A DNA stretch of 64,000 nucleotides, from NCBI GenBank assembly GCA_036265815.1, contig DATAOI010000064.1, positions 91,831 through 155,830 of the forward strand, written 5' to 3'. Under the pieces are notes generated by a model. It had not been told where the DNA came from. It ran no database searches and worked only from the letters and a program-made list of their open reading frames with translations. The translations under genes and the position numbers were made by a program. This DNA is from Gemmatimonadales bacterium. GTDB taxonomy: Bacteria; Gemmatimonadota; Gemmatimonadetes; Gemmatimonadales; GWC2-71-9. Shown here piece by piece: positions 1 to 10,358 of the stretch. The first letter of the stretch is position 1. Every line of letters starts with the position of its first letter.

Positions 1-1274
1 ATTCCAAATACCACCCCGAGCTCGCCGACGCAGTGAATCTGCAGGGGCTGCTCGACCAGCTGAGCGACTTCCTGCTCCAGTCGGGGTTCGCCGGGGGCTC
101 GCCGTCGTTCTGGAACGACGAGATGGGCGAGGGCGACCGGTCGCTGGACGCGCTGCGCCAGGCCATCCTCCAGGCGCTGATGGACTCGGGGCAGCTCACC
201 CCCGACATGCTCAAGGTGCTCCGCGGCGAGTCCACCGGCGACCCGGCCCAGGACAAGGACATCGAAGGGCAACTCGGCGAGCTGCTCGACAAGATCGTCC
301 AGCGGCTGATCGACGAAGGCTACCTCAACGTCGGCCAGGCACCCCAGGTGCCCCAGGGCTACCAGTCGATGTTCGGCCCAGGCGGCCAGGCCCGCTCGGC
401 CGCCCAGCAGGTGCAGTTCAATCTCACCGAGAAAGGCATCGACTTTCTCGGCTACAAGACCCTCAAGAACCTGCTGGGCAGCGTCGGCAAGTCGAGCTTC
501 GGCGCGCACGACACGCCCTACCTCGCCACCGGAGTCGAGGCCGAAGGGGTGAGCAAGCAGTACGAATTCGGGGACGTGCTCAACCTCGATGTGCCCGCCA
601 CTCTCACCAACGCCATCGCCCGCGAGGGGCTGGGCGTGCCCATCAACATCGAGTACAGCGACCTGATGGTGAGCCAGTCGGAGTACCGCTCCTCCGCCGC
701 TACCGTGCTGATGCTGGACTGCTCGCACTCGATGATCCTCTACGGCGAGGACCGCTTCACCCCGGCCAAGAAGGTGGCGCTGGCGCTCACCCACCTGATC
801 CGCACCCAGTACCCCGGCGACAGTCTCCGCGTGGTGCTCTTCCACGACTCGGCCGAGGAGATTCCGTTGAGCGCGCTGGCCACGGCGCAGGTGGGACCCT
901 ATCACACCAACACAGCCGAGGGGCTCAAGCTGGCCCGGCGTATCCTGCAGGCGCAGAAGAAGGACATGCGGCAGATCATCATGATCACCGACGGGAAGCC
1001 GTCGGCGCTCACCATGCCGGACGGGCGGATCTACGTGAACTCGATGGGGCTCGACCCGCAGATCCTCCAGGCCACCTACCGCGAAGTGGCCAATTGCCGC
1101 CGCAACGGCATCATGATCAACACCTTCATGCTCGCCCGGGACCGGAGTCTGGTGGAGTTCGTCAAGCAGGTCGCCTCGATCTGCAAAGGCAAGGCTTACT
1201 TCACCAACACGATGACGCTGGGCCAGTTCATCCTGATGGACTTCATGAAGCGGAAGACGCGACGGGTCTCCTAG
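1..1274 (+). CDS. von Willebrand factor A (vWA) domain protein, CoxE/MoxR-associated type; 5' end probably outside the window
   Basis: ORF 33..1274 stays open in frame back to the window edge. It has a MIDAS-like DxSxS motif ([10 protein letters not shown]) and a downstream IMITDGKPS, both typical of vWA folds. Confidence 0.75.
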   Translation, partial: SKYHPELADAVNLQGLLDQLSDFLLQSGFAGGSPSFWNDEMGEGDRSLDALRQAILQALMDSGQLTPDMLKVLRGESTGDPAQDKDIEGQLGELLDKIVQRLIDEGYLNVGQAPQVPQGYQSMFGPGGQARSAAQQVQFNLTEKGIDFLGYKTLKNLLGSVGKSSFGAHDTPYLATGVEAEGVSKQYEFGDVLNLDVPATLTNAIAREGLGVPINIEYSDLMVSQSEYRSSAATVLMLDCSHSMILYGEDRFTPAKKVALALTHLIRTQYPGDSLRVVLFHDSAEEIPLSALATAQVGPYHTNTAEGLKLARRILQAQKKDMRQIIMITDGKPSALTMPDGRIYVNSMGLDPQILQATYREVANCRRNGIMINTFMLARDRSLVEFVKQVASICKGKAYFTNTMTLGQFILMDFMKRKTRRVS

Positions 1275-1285
1275 TTCGGACCCGG

Positions 1286-1690
1286 GTGCGTACCTCCTCC
1301 CCCGCTGCCACCCTGCTGCTGGCTGCGTTCGCCTGCGTAGCGTTCGCCTGCGCCAGCCGCCCCCGCCTTGCCGAGCCGAGCCCGCTCCAAGGTGCCATCC
1401 TCCGCCGGGAGCAGGCCCCCATCGTCGGCCTTCGCGAGGTGCTGGACAGCGACACCCTGCTGGGCCACCGGATCCGTGTCGCCGGCTGGTGCGCCAGCGC
1501 GCCGGGCCTGCTCGCCGGCCGTCGCGTGGGCGTTTGGATCCTCGCGGCCCAGGATACCACCGTCGAAGTCCGTGGCCTCGTCCCCCCCGACTGCGCGCCG
1601 GACCTCAAAGACGATGTGCTGCTGATGATCTTCGCCCAGGTGGTGCCGGCGGGGGGCGGGGGGAGGTTGCTGTTGAGGCTGCCGGATTGA
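1286..1690 (+). CDS. hypothetical small lipoprotein-like protein
   Basis: GTG at 1286 is in frame with ORF 1094..1690. The N-terminus TLLLAAFACVAFACAS resembles a signal peptide with a lipobox. GC3-rich codon usage matches neighbouring genes. No recognisable domain. Confidence 0.4.
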   Translation: MRTSSPAATLLLAAFACVAFACASRPRLAEPSPLQGAILRREQAPIVGLREVLDSDTLLGHRIRVAGWCASAPGLLAGRRVGVWILAAQDTTVEVRGLVPPDCAPDLKDDVLLMIFAQVVPAGGGGRLLLRLPD

Positions 1691-1693
1691 GGA

Positions 1694-1787
1694 GGGTGGG
1701 GCAAGGACGGCAAGGTGAGGCAGGGTGAGGCAGGGTTCCCCCAGCATCTTTTCCCCTGCCTCACCCTGCCTCACCTTGCCTCACCTT
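1694..1787. repeat. decamer-array palindrome (GGTGRGGCAR units, short loop)
   Basis: G-rich arm 1694-1735 (gggtggggcaaggacggcaaggtgaggcagggtgaggcaggg), loop, then complementary C-rich arm 1753-1787 (cccctgcctcaccctgcctcaccttgcctcacctt). It lies between convergent gene ends. Confidence 0.85.
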
Positions 1788-1849
1788 ACTGGGACCGCCG
1801 TAGCTGCGGTATGACAGCAGCGCGAGACCGGAAAACCGGGAAGGCATCC

Positions 1850-1903
1850 GAGCCTTTCCCTTCCGAACCTTCCCGTCCTTACCGTCTTACCGACCTTCCC
1901 GCC
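1850..1903. repeat. variant array of CCTTCCCGN/CCTTACCGN units (C-rich arm type)
   Basis: The sequence cctttcccttccgaaccttcccgtccttaccgtcttaccgaccttcccgcc shows 9-10 bp periodicity. It is related to the C-rich arm at 39946-39995. Confidence 0.6.
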
Positions 1904-3390
1904 TACTGCCCCACCGCCTGATTCTCGCCCTTCGGCCCCATCCCTCCCACCACCCGCTTCACCGTCGTCCCCGCGGGGATGCTCGACGCCGGCTCCGCGA
2001 TCTCATTGATGATCGCGAGCTGCTCGATGGGGATCGTGGACGGGTACTGCGCATTGAACTGCTCCAGCGTCATCTGCCGCGGCAGCTTGACCAGCTCGAC
2101 CTTGGCGGGCTTCACGTTGAGCGCGGCCGGGTCGCTCAGCTGCGAGAAGCTGCCGATCGACTGGCGGAATGCCTGGTCATAGGTGCCGAGCTTGCCGCCC
2201 GCAGTGTAGCCCATCAGTCCGTAGGTGGTCCCGTTGTAGGAGACGAAGCTCACCACACCCTGGATCGTCCCGCCCTGCTGGTCCTGCGCCTGGAAGTAGC
2301 TGGTAGCAGCGGGCAGGCCGTTGATGCTGGCGGTCGAGCTTTGGCCGGCCTGGATTCCCTGCTGTGAGAGGAACTGCTGGGCCGCCTCCCGCGGCGAGGC
2401 TTTGCCCGCGAGGCCGAGCTGGAACATCGCGTCCTGGGCCGGGCTCTGGGCCACCACCGCGCTGGCGCCGTTCTGGGTCTGCCAGCCCTCCGGGAAGGTG
2501 AGCTGGAACCGCAGGTCAGGATGATAGAAGCGGTTGCCCACGAAATACCCCTGCCTCGGGTCCTCCCCGAACGTCAGGTTCTGCACGTGCTGGAGATACT
2601 GATCTCGGCCCACGATCGCCTTCGACAGGTCCTTGTGCAGGGTGTCGAGCCGCTGTTCGGTCGCCTTGATCCGGTTCTCCGGGTCGGGGTGCGTCTCCAG
2701 CCACTGCGGCAGCTTGCCGCCCCCGCTTGCCTGGCCCACCCGGTCCAGCGTCTCGAACATGTTGCTCATCTGCCGGACGTCGTAGCCCTGGTTGAGCGCG
2801 TAGCGGAAGCCGGCCAGGTCGGCCTGGTTCTCGTAGTCCCGGCTGTACTTGAGGAAGAGGAGCTGGAGCCCCTGGCTGGCCACTCCGGCGAGTTGTGCCA
2901 CCTGGGGCGAGAGGATGCTCCCCAGGCCGAGGCCGAGCTGGGCCACCTGGGCCTTGCTGATCTGCTGCACCGAGTGGCGGTTGGTCACGTGGCCGATCTC
3001 GTGCCCCACCACCGTGGCCAGCTCGGCCTCGTTGGTCACGTAGCCCAGCAGGCCGCGGGTGACGTAGATGAACCCGCCCGGCAGCGCGAAGGCGTTGACC
3101 GAGGCGTCGTTTACCACGTGGAACTCCCACGGCAAGTTGGGCCGCTCGGAGGCGGCCGCGATCCGCTTTCCGATCCCCGAGACATACGCCTCGAGCTGCG
3201 GATTCTGGTAGATCCCGATGGTCTGGGCCACTTCCTGGGAGGCCTGCTTGCCCATCTCGATCTCCTGCGACTCGGAAACCAGCGACAGCTCGTTCTTCCC
3301 GGTCACCGGGTTCCTGGCGCAGTTCGACACCGAGCCGGCGATGAGGAGCGCCGGGAGGAGGAGCCGGGAGAGGGCACGACGTGGCGTCAT
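1903..3390 (-). CDS. M48 family zinc metalloprotease (BepA/Ste24-like), exported/lipoprotein
   Basis: 495-aa ORF with the HExxH motif in VVGHEIGHVTNRH. The N-terminus has a signal/lipobox-like LLIAGSVSNC. Confidence 0.85.
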   Translation of the reverse strand: MTPRRALSRLLLPALLIAGSVSNCARNPVTGKNELSLVSESQEIEMGKQASQEVAQTIGIYQNPQLEAYVSGIGKRIAAASERPNLPWEFHVVNDASVNAFALPGGFIYVTRGLLGYVTNEAELATVVGHEIGHVTNRHSVQQISKAQVAQLGLGLGSILSPQVAQLAGVASQGLQLLFLKYSRDYENQADLAGFRYALNQGYDVRQMSNMFETLDRVGQASGGGKLPQWLETHPDPENRIKATEQRLDTLHKDLSKAIVGRDQYLQHVQNLTFGEDPRQGYFVGNRFYHPDLRFQLTFPEGWQTQNGASAVVAQSPAQDAMFQLGLAGKASPREAAQQFLSQQGIQAGQSSTASINGLPAATSYFQAQDQQGGTIQGVVSFVSYNGTTYGLMGYTAGGKLGTYDQAFRQSIGSFSQLSDPAALNVKPAKVELVKLPRQMTLEQFNAQYPSTIPIEQLAIINEIAEPASSIPAGTTVKRVVGGMGPKGENQAVGQ

Positions 3391-3584
3391 GGGAGATCCT
3401 CGGTTCGCGTTCGGTCGGCCAACCTGCTGCTCCCCAGGAACATAGACGAGGGGCGGCCGCCGGGGCTGTGATCCCCGTCGCCCGCCCCTGCTGTCATCCC
3501 GATCGGCGCCCTGTCACGCCCCCAGCGCAGCAATTGGGGCTCGGGACTCGGGATGGCAGTTCCGCTCCTGTCAGCGGATCCGGT

Positions 3585-4574
3585 CTAGTCGGTAGTGCTT
3601 TCCGCCCCCCGTGAGCCGACAGCCCTGGTTCCCGCCCCCGTCTCCCTCGGCGGACGTTTCCTGAAGAACTCCACCGTCCGCCCCAGCCCCTCCACCAGGT
3701 GGATCTTGGGCTCCCAGCCGAGCCACTCGCGGGCGCGGGTGATGTCCGGCTGACGCTGGGTCGGGTCGTCCTGGGGCAGCGGCTTGGAGACGATCTTCAC
3801 TTCCTTCCCCACCACCTTGGCCACCTCCTCGGCCAGCTCCCGGATGGTGAACTCCACCGGATTGCCCAGGTTGACCGGCTGATTCCGCTTCTCCGCGGCC
3901 ATCAGCCGCATCAGCCCGTCCACCAGCTCGTCCACATAGCAGAAGGAGCGGGTCTGGGAGCCATCGCCATAAAGCGTGAGCGGCTCGCCCCGGAGCGCCT
4001 GGACGATGAAGTTGGAGACCACCCGCCCATCCGCCTCGGCCATCCGGGGACCGTAGGTGTTGAAGATCCGCGCGATGCGGATGTCCACCCCGTCCTCCCG
4101 ATGATAGTCCATGAACAGCGTCTCGGCCACGCGCTTGCCTTCGTCGTAGCAGGAGCGCGGGCCGATCGGGTTCACGTTGCCCCAGTAGGTCTCCGGCTGC
4201 GGATGGATGGTGGGATCGCCGTAGATCTCCGAGGTGGACGCCTGCAGGATCCGGGCGCCGACCCGCTTGGCCAGCACCAGCATGTTGATGGCGCCCATCA
4301 CGTTCGACTTGACCGTCTTGACCGGGTTGTACTGGTAGTGCACCGGGGAGGCGGGGCAGGCCAGGTTGTAGATCTGGTCGACCGGCACGTAGATCGGCTC
4401 GGTCACGTCCTGCCGCATCAGCTTGAACTCGGACCGCTCCAGCAGGTGGTCGACGTTCTCCCGCCGCCCGGTGAAGAAGTTGTCGAGGCAGAGGACCTCG
4501 TGCCCCTCGTTGAGCAGGCGCTCGCAGAGGTGGGATCCGATGAAGCCGGCACCGCCGGTGACGAGGATACGCAT
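3585..4574 (-). CDS. UDP-glucuronate decarboxylase (UDP-xylose synthase)-like NAD-dependent epimerase/dehydratase
   Basis: It has the Rossmann motif GGAGFIGSH at the N-terminus and the catalytic YxxxK motif (YDEGKR). The 329-aa length and overall pattern match the UXS subgroup of extended SDRs. Confidence 0.8.
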   Translation of the reverse strand: MRILVTGGAGFIGSHLCERLLNEGHEVLCLDNFFTGRRENVDHLLERSEFKLMRQDVTEPIYVPVDQIYNLACPASPVHYQYNPVKTVKSNVMGAINMLVLAKRVGARILQASTSEIYGDPTIHPQPETYWGNVNPIGPRSCYDEGKRVAETLFMDYHREDGVDIRIARIFNTYGPRMAEADGRVVSNFIVQALRGEPLTLYGDGSQTRSFCYVDELVDGLMRLMAAEKRNQPVNLGNPVEFTIRELAEEVAKVVGKEVKIVSKPLPQDDPTQRQPDITRAREWLGWEPKIHLVEGLGRTVEFFRKRPPRETGAGTRAVGSRGAESTTD

Positions 4575-4585
4575 GGCGGGCGGTC

Positions 4586-5287
4586 TTACCGCCGCTTGGC
4601 GGGAGCCTTGGGGGCAGGGGCCGCGGGAGCCGTGTCGGGCGGGGCGGAGTCGTCCGGCTCCGATTGCGTCGCCGACGACTGCGCACCCGGCCGGTCCACC
4701 ACGGTGAAGGTACCGGCGCCGCGGGAGTCCACGCCCATTCCCGCGCGCATGGCCCCGGTCCGGTCGGCGAAGACCAGCGTCGCCGAACCCTCGGGGTTCA
4801 AGCCGAGCGAGGTGCGGGTCATCCCGGTGCGGTCGCCGAAGGTGAGGCTCAGGGTTTCGTCCGGCAGGATGCCGAAGACTCCGCGCGAGCGGCCCGAGCT
4901 ATCGCTGAAGGTGAGGCCCGAGGCACCGCTCTTGAGCGCGGTGAGGGTCACCCCGGCCTTGCTGCCGGGGGCCTGGAGCGAGAGTCGCATGGTACCGTCG
5001 GGCAACGTGCCCCAGGCGCCGCGCACCATGCCGTCCGCGTCGCGGAGGAGAAACTGGCGGGACTCGATCACATCTGCCACCGTGCCGGGCAAGCCGTGGC
5101 GGGCGGAGACGATCACCAGGGCGCTGGCCAGGCCGAGCAGCACGGCGATGCTGATGAGCGAGGACACCCAGAGACGCCGGAGCCGGCGGTTTTCCCGCTC
5201 CACGGTCTCGACCCGGTTGAGGATGCCCCGCTCGAACTCGTGCCTGATCCGCTGCTCCGGCGTCATTTCGGACTTCAGGTCGGGCAT
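4586..5287 (-). CDS. hypothetical membrane-anchored protein with internal repeats
   Basis: It has one N-terminal TM helix ([22 protein letters not shown]). It then carries 4-5 degenerate repeats of the form LxFxDxxGxxRxxxG, such as [45 protein letters not shown] and [15 protein letters not shown]. The tail is Ala/Pro-rich. Confidence 0.6.
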   Translation of the reverse strand: MPDLKSEMTPEQRIRHEFERGILNRVETVERENRRLRRLWVSSLISIAVLLGLASALVIVSARHGLPGTVADVIESRQFLLRDADGMVRGAWGTLPDGTMRLSLQAPGSKAGVTLTALKSGASGLTFSDSSGRSRGVFGILPDETLSLTFGDRTGMTRTSLGLNPEGSATLVFADRTGAMRAGMGVDSRGAGTFTVVDRPGAQSSATQSEPDDSAPPDTAPAAPAPKAPAKRR

Positions 5288-5291
5288 AGCG

Positions 5292-6638
5292 TCAGTGGTC
5301 CTGCGGGTTGCTGAGGAAGTAGGAGCGGCACGCCATGTCCACCAGATCGCGGGTGAGCCGAGGCGTGGTCTCCCGGTACTTGGCGATGTCGCACACGTGG
5401 GAGAGGATGTCCCGCGGATGGCACGCGCGCGCCGGGATGTTCATCCCCTGGTACCAGTCACGGTCGATCTGGGCCAGCGCGGCCGGGTCGAAATCGATGG
5501 CGTAGCCTTCGCAGCAGCGCCGGAAGATCTCCTCGTAGCCTTCCTTGGAGGGGTCGTTCACCGGGATCTTGTAGTGGATCCGCCGAAGGAACGCCTCCTC
5601 CACCAGGTCGGCCGGGTCGAGGTTGGTGGCGAAGATCAGCAGACAGTCGAACGGAATGGGGAACTTGGCCCCGGTGTGCAGGGTCAGGAAGTCGGTCCGC
5701 TTCTCGAGCGGGACGATCCAGCGGTTGAGCAGGTCGCGCGGGGGCACCCGCTGGCGGCCGAAGTCGTCCACGATGAGCACGCCGCCGTTGGCCTTCACCT
5801 GGAACGGCGCCTGGTAGAGCTTGGTGAACGGATCGTACTGGAGATCGAGCTGCTCCATGGAGAGCTCGCCGCCGGTGACCACCACGGGGCGCTTGATCAA
5901 GGCGTAGCGGCGGTCGAAGCTGGAGCCGGTGCGGAGCCAGATACCCTGGTCGTCGGAGCGGCCGCCCTCCGGTTCGATCTCCTCGTGATGCACGCCGTCG
6001 AAGACGGTCATGATCTGACCGTCGATGTCCACCGCATAAGGAATGTAGAGTGACCCGCCCAGCATCTGGGAGATCGCCTCGGCGATCGCGGTCTTGCCGT
6101 TGCCCGGATGGCCGTACAGGAAGATCGACTTGGACGAGTTGACCGCGGGGCCCAGCATGTCGAACAGCTCCTCGTCCAACACCAGGTGGTCGCAGCCGTC
6201 CCGCATCACCTGCTGGGTCACGTGGGCGTGGCGGATCGATTGGGCCTCGATCCATGCGCGGTACTGGGCGAGCGGCACCGGGATCGGTCCTACGTACTGG
6301 CTCGCTTCCAGGGCGTCCTTGGCGCGGGCCCGTCCGTCGGCGACCAGGTCGAACCGGTAGCTCGCCCGGTTGGGGCCGATGGTGCCGCGTACCTCGACGA
6401 AGCGGCGCTGCTGGAGGGTCAACAGCTCCTCGTCCGCCAGGCCGAACGGAAGGCAGACGTACTCCGCCAGCTCCTGGCCGGTCCGGCTGCCCTGCACATA
6501 GAGCGCCTTGAGCAGGAGGTCGCGCACCGCATCGGGGGCCAGGCCGAGCTCCTCCAGCTTCTCGGGTGTCCTCGGGGCGTCGGGGCGGCCAGGTGCAGGC
6601 TCCTCGTCGAGGTGCGGGATAGCCGGGACGGCGCTCAT
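5292..6638 (-). CDS. AAA+ family ATPase (function unknown), co-oriented with the tad operon
   Basis: It has a Walker A motif (GHPGNGKT), a Walker B-like VLIVDDFG and EEAFLRRIHY. Its start overlaps the DUF192 stop (ATGA at 6635-6638). Confidence 0.75.
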   Translation of the reverse strand: MSAVPAIPHLDEEPAPGRPDAPRTPEKLEELGLAPDAVRDLLLKALYVQGSRTGQELAEYVCLPFGLADEELLTLQQRRFVEVRGTIGPNRASYRFDLVADGRARAKDALEASQYVGPIPVPLAQYRAWIEAQSIRHAHVTQQVMRDGCDHLVLDEELFDMLGPAVNSSKSIFLYGHPGNGKTAIAEAISQMLGGSLYIPYAVDIDGQIMTVFDGVHHEEIEPEGGRSDDQGIWLRTGSSFDRRYALIKRPVVVTGGELSMEQLDLQYDPFTKLYQAPFQVKANGGVLIVDDFGRQRVPPRDLLNRWIVPLEKRTDFLTLHTGAKFPIPFDCLLIFATNLDPADLVEEAFLRRIHYKIPVNDPSKEGYEEIFRRCCEGYAIDFDPAALAQIDRDWYQGMNIPARACHPRDILSHVCDIAKYRETTPRLTRDLVDMACRSYFLSNPQDH

Positions 6639-6997
6639 AGCGTGCTCTCCTGCCAGTTGAGTCGGTTACCGGGAACGGTTCCGGTGGCGTCCAGCGTACC
6701 ACTGGGAAGCTCGAGCGCGTAGCGGGCGCCACGGATTCCGGCGGTGCGCGGCCCGGGACGAAGCCCGCAATGAATCGACAGCACCCGCCGATCTGAATCC
6801 AGGAACGCGACGTCGATCGGATAACGCATGCCCATCATGTGCACCGACCGGCAGGGCACCAGGAGCAGGCCTTCGCCCGGCTGGGGCTCGGGCCGCCCCA
6901 GCAGGCCGCGGAGCCGGGAAAGCCAGTGGTCAGCCAGCGCGATCCGGCGACCCAGCTCGACTCCCCGGTCCGCATTGATGACCTGCACCAGCCTCAT
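6635..6997 (-). CDS. DUF192 (COG1430) domain protein
   Basis: 120-aa ORF with a sequence pattern typical of DUF192 (LLLVPCRSVHMMGMRYPIDVAFLD). ATGA start/stop overlaps occur on both sides. Confidence 0.7.
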   Translation of the reverse strand: MRLVQVINADRGVELGRRIALADHWLSRLRGLLGRPEPQPGEGLLLVPCRSVHMMGMRYPIDVAFLDSDRRVLSIHCGLRPGPRTAGIRGARYALELPSGTLDATGTVPGNRLNWQESTL

Positions 6998-7920
6998 TGA
7001 AGGTTGACGAACATCCTGTACAGAGCGATGACCGACGGCCCCAATACCACAACGAACATTGCCGGGAAGACGAAGAGCACCAGCGGGAAGACCAGCTTGA
7101 TGGTCGTCTTGGCCGCCGCCTCCTCGGCCCGTTGCCGGCGCTTGGTGCGCATGGTTTCGGAGTGGACTCGAAGTGCGTCGGCAACCGACGTGCCGAAGCG
7201 GTCCGTCTGGATCAGCATGCCCACCAGGGACTTGATGTCAGGCAGTCCGGTACGCTCCGCCAGGTTCTTGAGGGCCTCGTCGCGGGGGGTGCCGGCCCGC
7301 ATCTCCAGATTCACCAGGGCGAGCTGCTCGCTCATGACCAGGCTTACATGGTCGATCTCATCGGCCACCCGGACCAGCGCCTGGTTGAGGCCCAGCCCCG
7401 CCTCGACGCAGACCACCAGCATGTCCAGCATGTCCGGCATCGCCTTCTGGATCTCCTTCTGGCGGGACTTGAGGCGGCTTCGGACGTAGAACACGGGGAA
7501 GACCCATCCCATGGCGCCGAGCCACAGCACCCCCAGCATGGTCTGAACCGCAGACACGCCTGCGAGCGGAAGAAGCAGCAGCGCTCCGACCGTGAACGAG
7601 GCGGCCAGCGTAACGCGCGAGGCCCAGTAGATGGCGACCGCATTATGTTCCGGATAGCCAGCCTGAAGCAGGAACAGTCGCACCTGACTGGTGTCCTTGC
7701 GTCCGCTTTCCATCCGCTCGCCGAACGCCTGAAGCACCGCCTTGAGGCGGTCCGACCGTGCCTGCCGGCGGCGGCGGGCCAGGGTCTCCTCGGGGCCGCC
7801 GATCGACTGCAGCTCGTCGAGCTGGGTGGACAGAGTTCCCCGGCCGGGGGCGACCTGCCCCAGCAGCAGCAACAGCGAAACGACCGCAAACGCGGTCAGC
7901 ACCGCGATCAACGCCAGCAT
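6994..7920 (-). CDS. tadC: Flp pilus assembly inner-membrane protein TadC (T2SS-F family)
   Basis: 308-aa multi-TM protein with a GspF-like domain pattern. It sits directly after tadB in a canonical tad gene order. Confidence 0.85.
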   Translation of the reverse strand: MLALIAVLTAFAVVSLLLLLGQVAPGRGTLSTQLDELQSIGGPEETLARRRRQARSDRLKAVLQAFGERMESGRKDTSQVRLFLLQAGYPEHNAVAIYWASRVTLAASFTVGALLLLPLAGVSAVQTMLGVLWLGAMGWVFPVFYVRSRLKSRQKEIQKAMPDMLDMLVVCVEAGLGLNQALVRVADEIDHVSLVMSEQLALVNLEMRAGTPRDEALKNLAERTGLPDIKSLVGMLIQTDRFGTSVADALRVHSETMRTKRRQRAEEAAAKTTIKLVFPLVLFVFPAMFVVVLGPSVIALYRMFVNLQ

Positions 7921-7929
7921 GGGTGCGCC

Positions 7930-8916
7930 TCAGATTTCGATGTTGACGATCTTCCGGATCCAGAAAAATCCGGCGAGCTGCATGCTCAGGGCCGTCGCCA
8001 CGAGCACCTTTCCGATCGGGTCGGTGAACAGGACGATCATGTATTCCGGGGCAATCCAGTACAGAATGCCGAAAAGGAAAAAGGGCAGCAACGAGAGCAG
8101 GTAGCCCGTCATTCGGCCCTGAGCCGTATACACCTTGATCTGGCGACGAATGGTGAAGCGCGCTCGGATCACGGCCGCCAGATTGTCCAGGATCTCGGCC
8201 AGGTTGCCGCCGACCTCGCGCTGGATGAGGATGGCAGTCACCAGGATGCGGACGTCCACGATGTTCACCCGGTCGGCCATGCCCAGCAATGAGTCCTGCA
8301 CCGGCAGCCCGAACCGCTGCTCTTCGAACACTCGGCGGAACTCGCTCGCCACCGGTTCGGCGCCGTCATCCGCGGCCATCTTGAAGCCGGAGGAAAGCGG
8401 GTGCCCCGCCCGTAGAGCCCGGCCCACTAGGTCGATCGACTCCGGCAGCATTTCCTCGAATTGGCTAAGCCGCCGGTCTCGGCGGAAGCGCGCATACAGC
8501 GTCGGCATCAGCGCACCCAGCACGGCGACCGGAATGGCGATCAAGAATGACTGGGTGAGGATCAGGATCGAGAACCCCAGCGCCACCGAGAGTCCGATCG
8601 AGATAATAATCAGCGTCTGCAGGGTCCATGACAGATGGGCCTGCTGGAGCATCAGCTCGGCGTCCTGCAGAGCCGGCATCCGGGCAGCGAGCGGCCGGAG
8701 CCAGGGAGAATCGAGAATTGCCGACCGGAAGATCGGGCGCCCGGAGCCGCTCTCGAAGTTCTCGTTGGCCAGCGAGCGCAGCTCCCCCACCATCTTGGTC
8801 TTCCGCCGCTGCTCCTGAGCCCATTCCCATAAGAGCGCGATGGAAACCGTACCCAGCGCCACCGCGATGAAGGCGACGAAGGCCGGGATCCAGATGTTGT
8901 TGGGAATCCCTACCAT
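7930..8916 (-). CDS. tadB: Flp pilus assembly inner-membrane protein TadB (T2SS-F family)
   Basis: 328-aa multi-TM protein with a GspF-like pattern. It overlaps the cpaF stop by 7 nt. Confidence 0.85.
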   Translation of the reverse strand: MVGIPNNIWIPAFVAFIAVALGTVSIALLWEWAQEQRRKTKMVGELRSLANENFESGSGRPIFRSAILDSPWLRPLAARMPALQDAELMLQQAHLSWTLQTLIIISIGLSVALGFSILILTQSFLIAIPVAVLGALMPTLYARFRRDRRLSQFEEMLPESIDLVGRALRAGHPLSSGFKMAADDGAEPVASEFRRVFEEQRFGLPVQDSLLGMADRVNIVDVRILVTAILIQREVGGNLAEILDNLAAVIRARFTIRRQIKVYTAQGRMTGYLLSLLPFFLFGILYWIAPEYMIVLFTDPIGKVLVATALSMQLAGFFWIRKIVNIEI

Positions 8917-10355
8917 CGCTGGGCTCCTCCGCGCGCCGCTTCGGGCGAACTGAGATTGGAGAAGAGCAAGCTCGAGAGATCGATGCCGAACGCCTTGAGC
9001 CGCTCAGAGAAGCGCGGCCGAATACCGGTGGCGCGGAAGTGCCCCAACACCTTTTCATCGGGACCGATCCCCTCGCGTTCATATACGAAGATGTCCTGCA
9101 TGGTGATGATGTCACCTTCCATGCCGACGATCTCCGAAAGCTGCATGATCTTCCGGGTGCCGTCCGACATACGGCTCACCTGGATCACCACGTTGATCGC
9201 GCTGGCGATCTGCTGCCGCATGGCCCGCTCCGGCAGGTCGAGGTTTGCCATGGAGATCATGGTCTCCAGGCGGCTCAACGCATCGCGCGGGGTGTTGGCG
9301 TGCAGCGTGGTGATCGATCCGTCATGGCCGGTGTTCATCGCCTGCAGCATGTCGATCGCTTCGGCTCCGCGGCACTCACCCATGATGATCCGGTCGGGCC
9401 GCATACGGAGGGCGTTGACCAGGAGGAGCCGCTGCGGCACCTCTCCCGAGCCCTCGATGTTGGCCGGCCGGGTCTCCAGCCGTACCACATGAGGTTGCTT
9501 GAGCTGGAGCTCGGCCGAGTCCTCGATGGTGAGGACCCGCTCGTTAGGCGGGATGTAGGACGACATGATATTGAGCAGCGTCGTCTTGCCAGCGCCAGTG
9601 CCGCCCGAGATGAGCACATTGAGCCGCGCTTTGACCACGCACTTGAGCAGCTCGAGCATCGGCTCGGTCAGGCTCTCGGTGCGCAACAGGTCCTCGCCGG
9701 AGAGCGCGTCGCGCTTGAACTTACGGATCGAGAGGTGAGGCCCGTCCAGCGCGAGCGGCTTGATAATGGCATTGACACGGGAGCCGTCAGGCAGGCGGGC
9801 GTCCACCATCGGCGAGGAGTCGTCGATCCGGCGGCCCACGGCCGAGACGATGCGGTCGATCACCTGGAGCAGGTGGCGGTCGTCTTGGAAGATGACGTCG
9901 GTCCGTTCCAGCCGGCCGTGCCGCTCGATGAAGACCTGCTTGTAGGTATTCACCAGGATGTCGGAGACCTCGGGATCCTGGATCAGCGGCTCCAGCGGTC
10001 CCAACCCGAAGATCTCATCCAGCACCTGGTTCACCACCAGGTCCCGCTCCTCGAAGTTCAGCGGCAGCGACTCCTGAGTGATCAGGTCGTGCACCACCTT
10101 GCGGATCGCCTCGGCGACCTGCCCGCGGTCCAGCCGGTCGAGGTTGGAGAGGTTGAGTCGTTCCAGCAGCTTCCGGTGGATCCGGCCTTTGACCTGCTGC
10201 AGCGCGTGCAGGTTGGCAGCGTCGCTGAGCATGCCACCGCTCGACCCATTGGAGCCGGCCGCGTCGGCCGCGGCCTTGGCGCGCTCCCAGGGCATCAGCG
10301 CGCGCTGCCCGTTGGCTCCCCCACCCCCCGGTGTCACTGCGCCGTGATTGGCCAT
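8910..10355 (-). CDS. cpaF: CpaF/TadA secretion ATPase
   Basis: It has a Walker A motif (GGTGAGKTT) and Asp box/Walker B contexts ([19 protein letters not shown]). The ATPase pattern is VirB11/PilB-like. A GGAGGAA Shine-Dalgarno lies upstream of the ATG at 10355. Confidence 0.95.
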   Translation of the reverse strand: MANHGAVTPGGGGANGQRALMPWERAKAAADAAGSNGSSGGMLSDAANLHALQQVKGRIHRKLLERLNLSNLDRLDRGQVAEAIRKVVHDLITQESLPLNFEERDLVVNQVLDEIFGLGPLEPLIQDPEVSDILVNTYKQVFIERHGRLERTDVIFQDDRHLLQVIDRIVSAVGRRIDDSSPMVDARLPDGSRVNAIIKPLALDGPHLSIRKFKRDALSGEDLLRTESLTEPMLELLKCVVKARLNVLISGGTGAGKTTLLNIMSSYIPPNERVLTIEDSAELQLKQPHVVRLETRPANIEGSGEVPQRLLLVNALRMRPDRIIMGECRGAEAIDMLQAMNTGHDGSITTLHANTPRDALSRLETMISMANLDLPERAMRQQIASAINVVIQVSRMSDGTRKIMQLSEIVGMEGDIITMQDIFVYEREGIGPDEKVLGHFRATGIRPRFSERLKAFGIDLSSLLFSNLSSPEAARGGAQRW

Positions 10356-10358
10356 GGC

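Noticed and set aside
1715-1921. Small ORFs beginning MRQGEAG.../MRQGEAR... (also 44500..44739, 45078..45269, 47359..47559, 50509..50895)
   Set aside because: They are simply translations of the decamer repeat and its complement (..LPHLASPC..). They recur because the repeat recurs, not because a peptide is conserved independently.
3699-6053. 784-aa plus-strand ORF
   Set aside because: It is antisense to the UXS-like, repeat-protein and AAA+ genes. The translation is Arg/Gly/His/Leu-rich low-complexity sequence with no motifs, a typical shadow ORF in GC-rich DNA.
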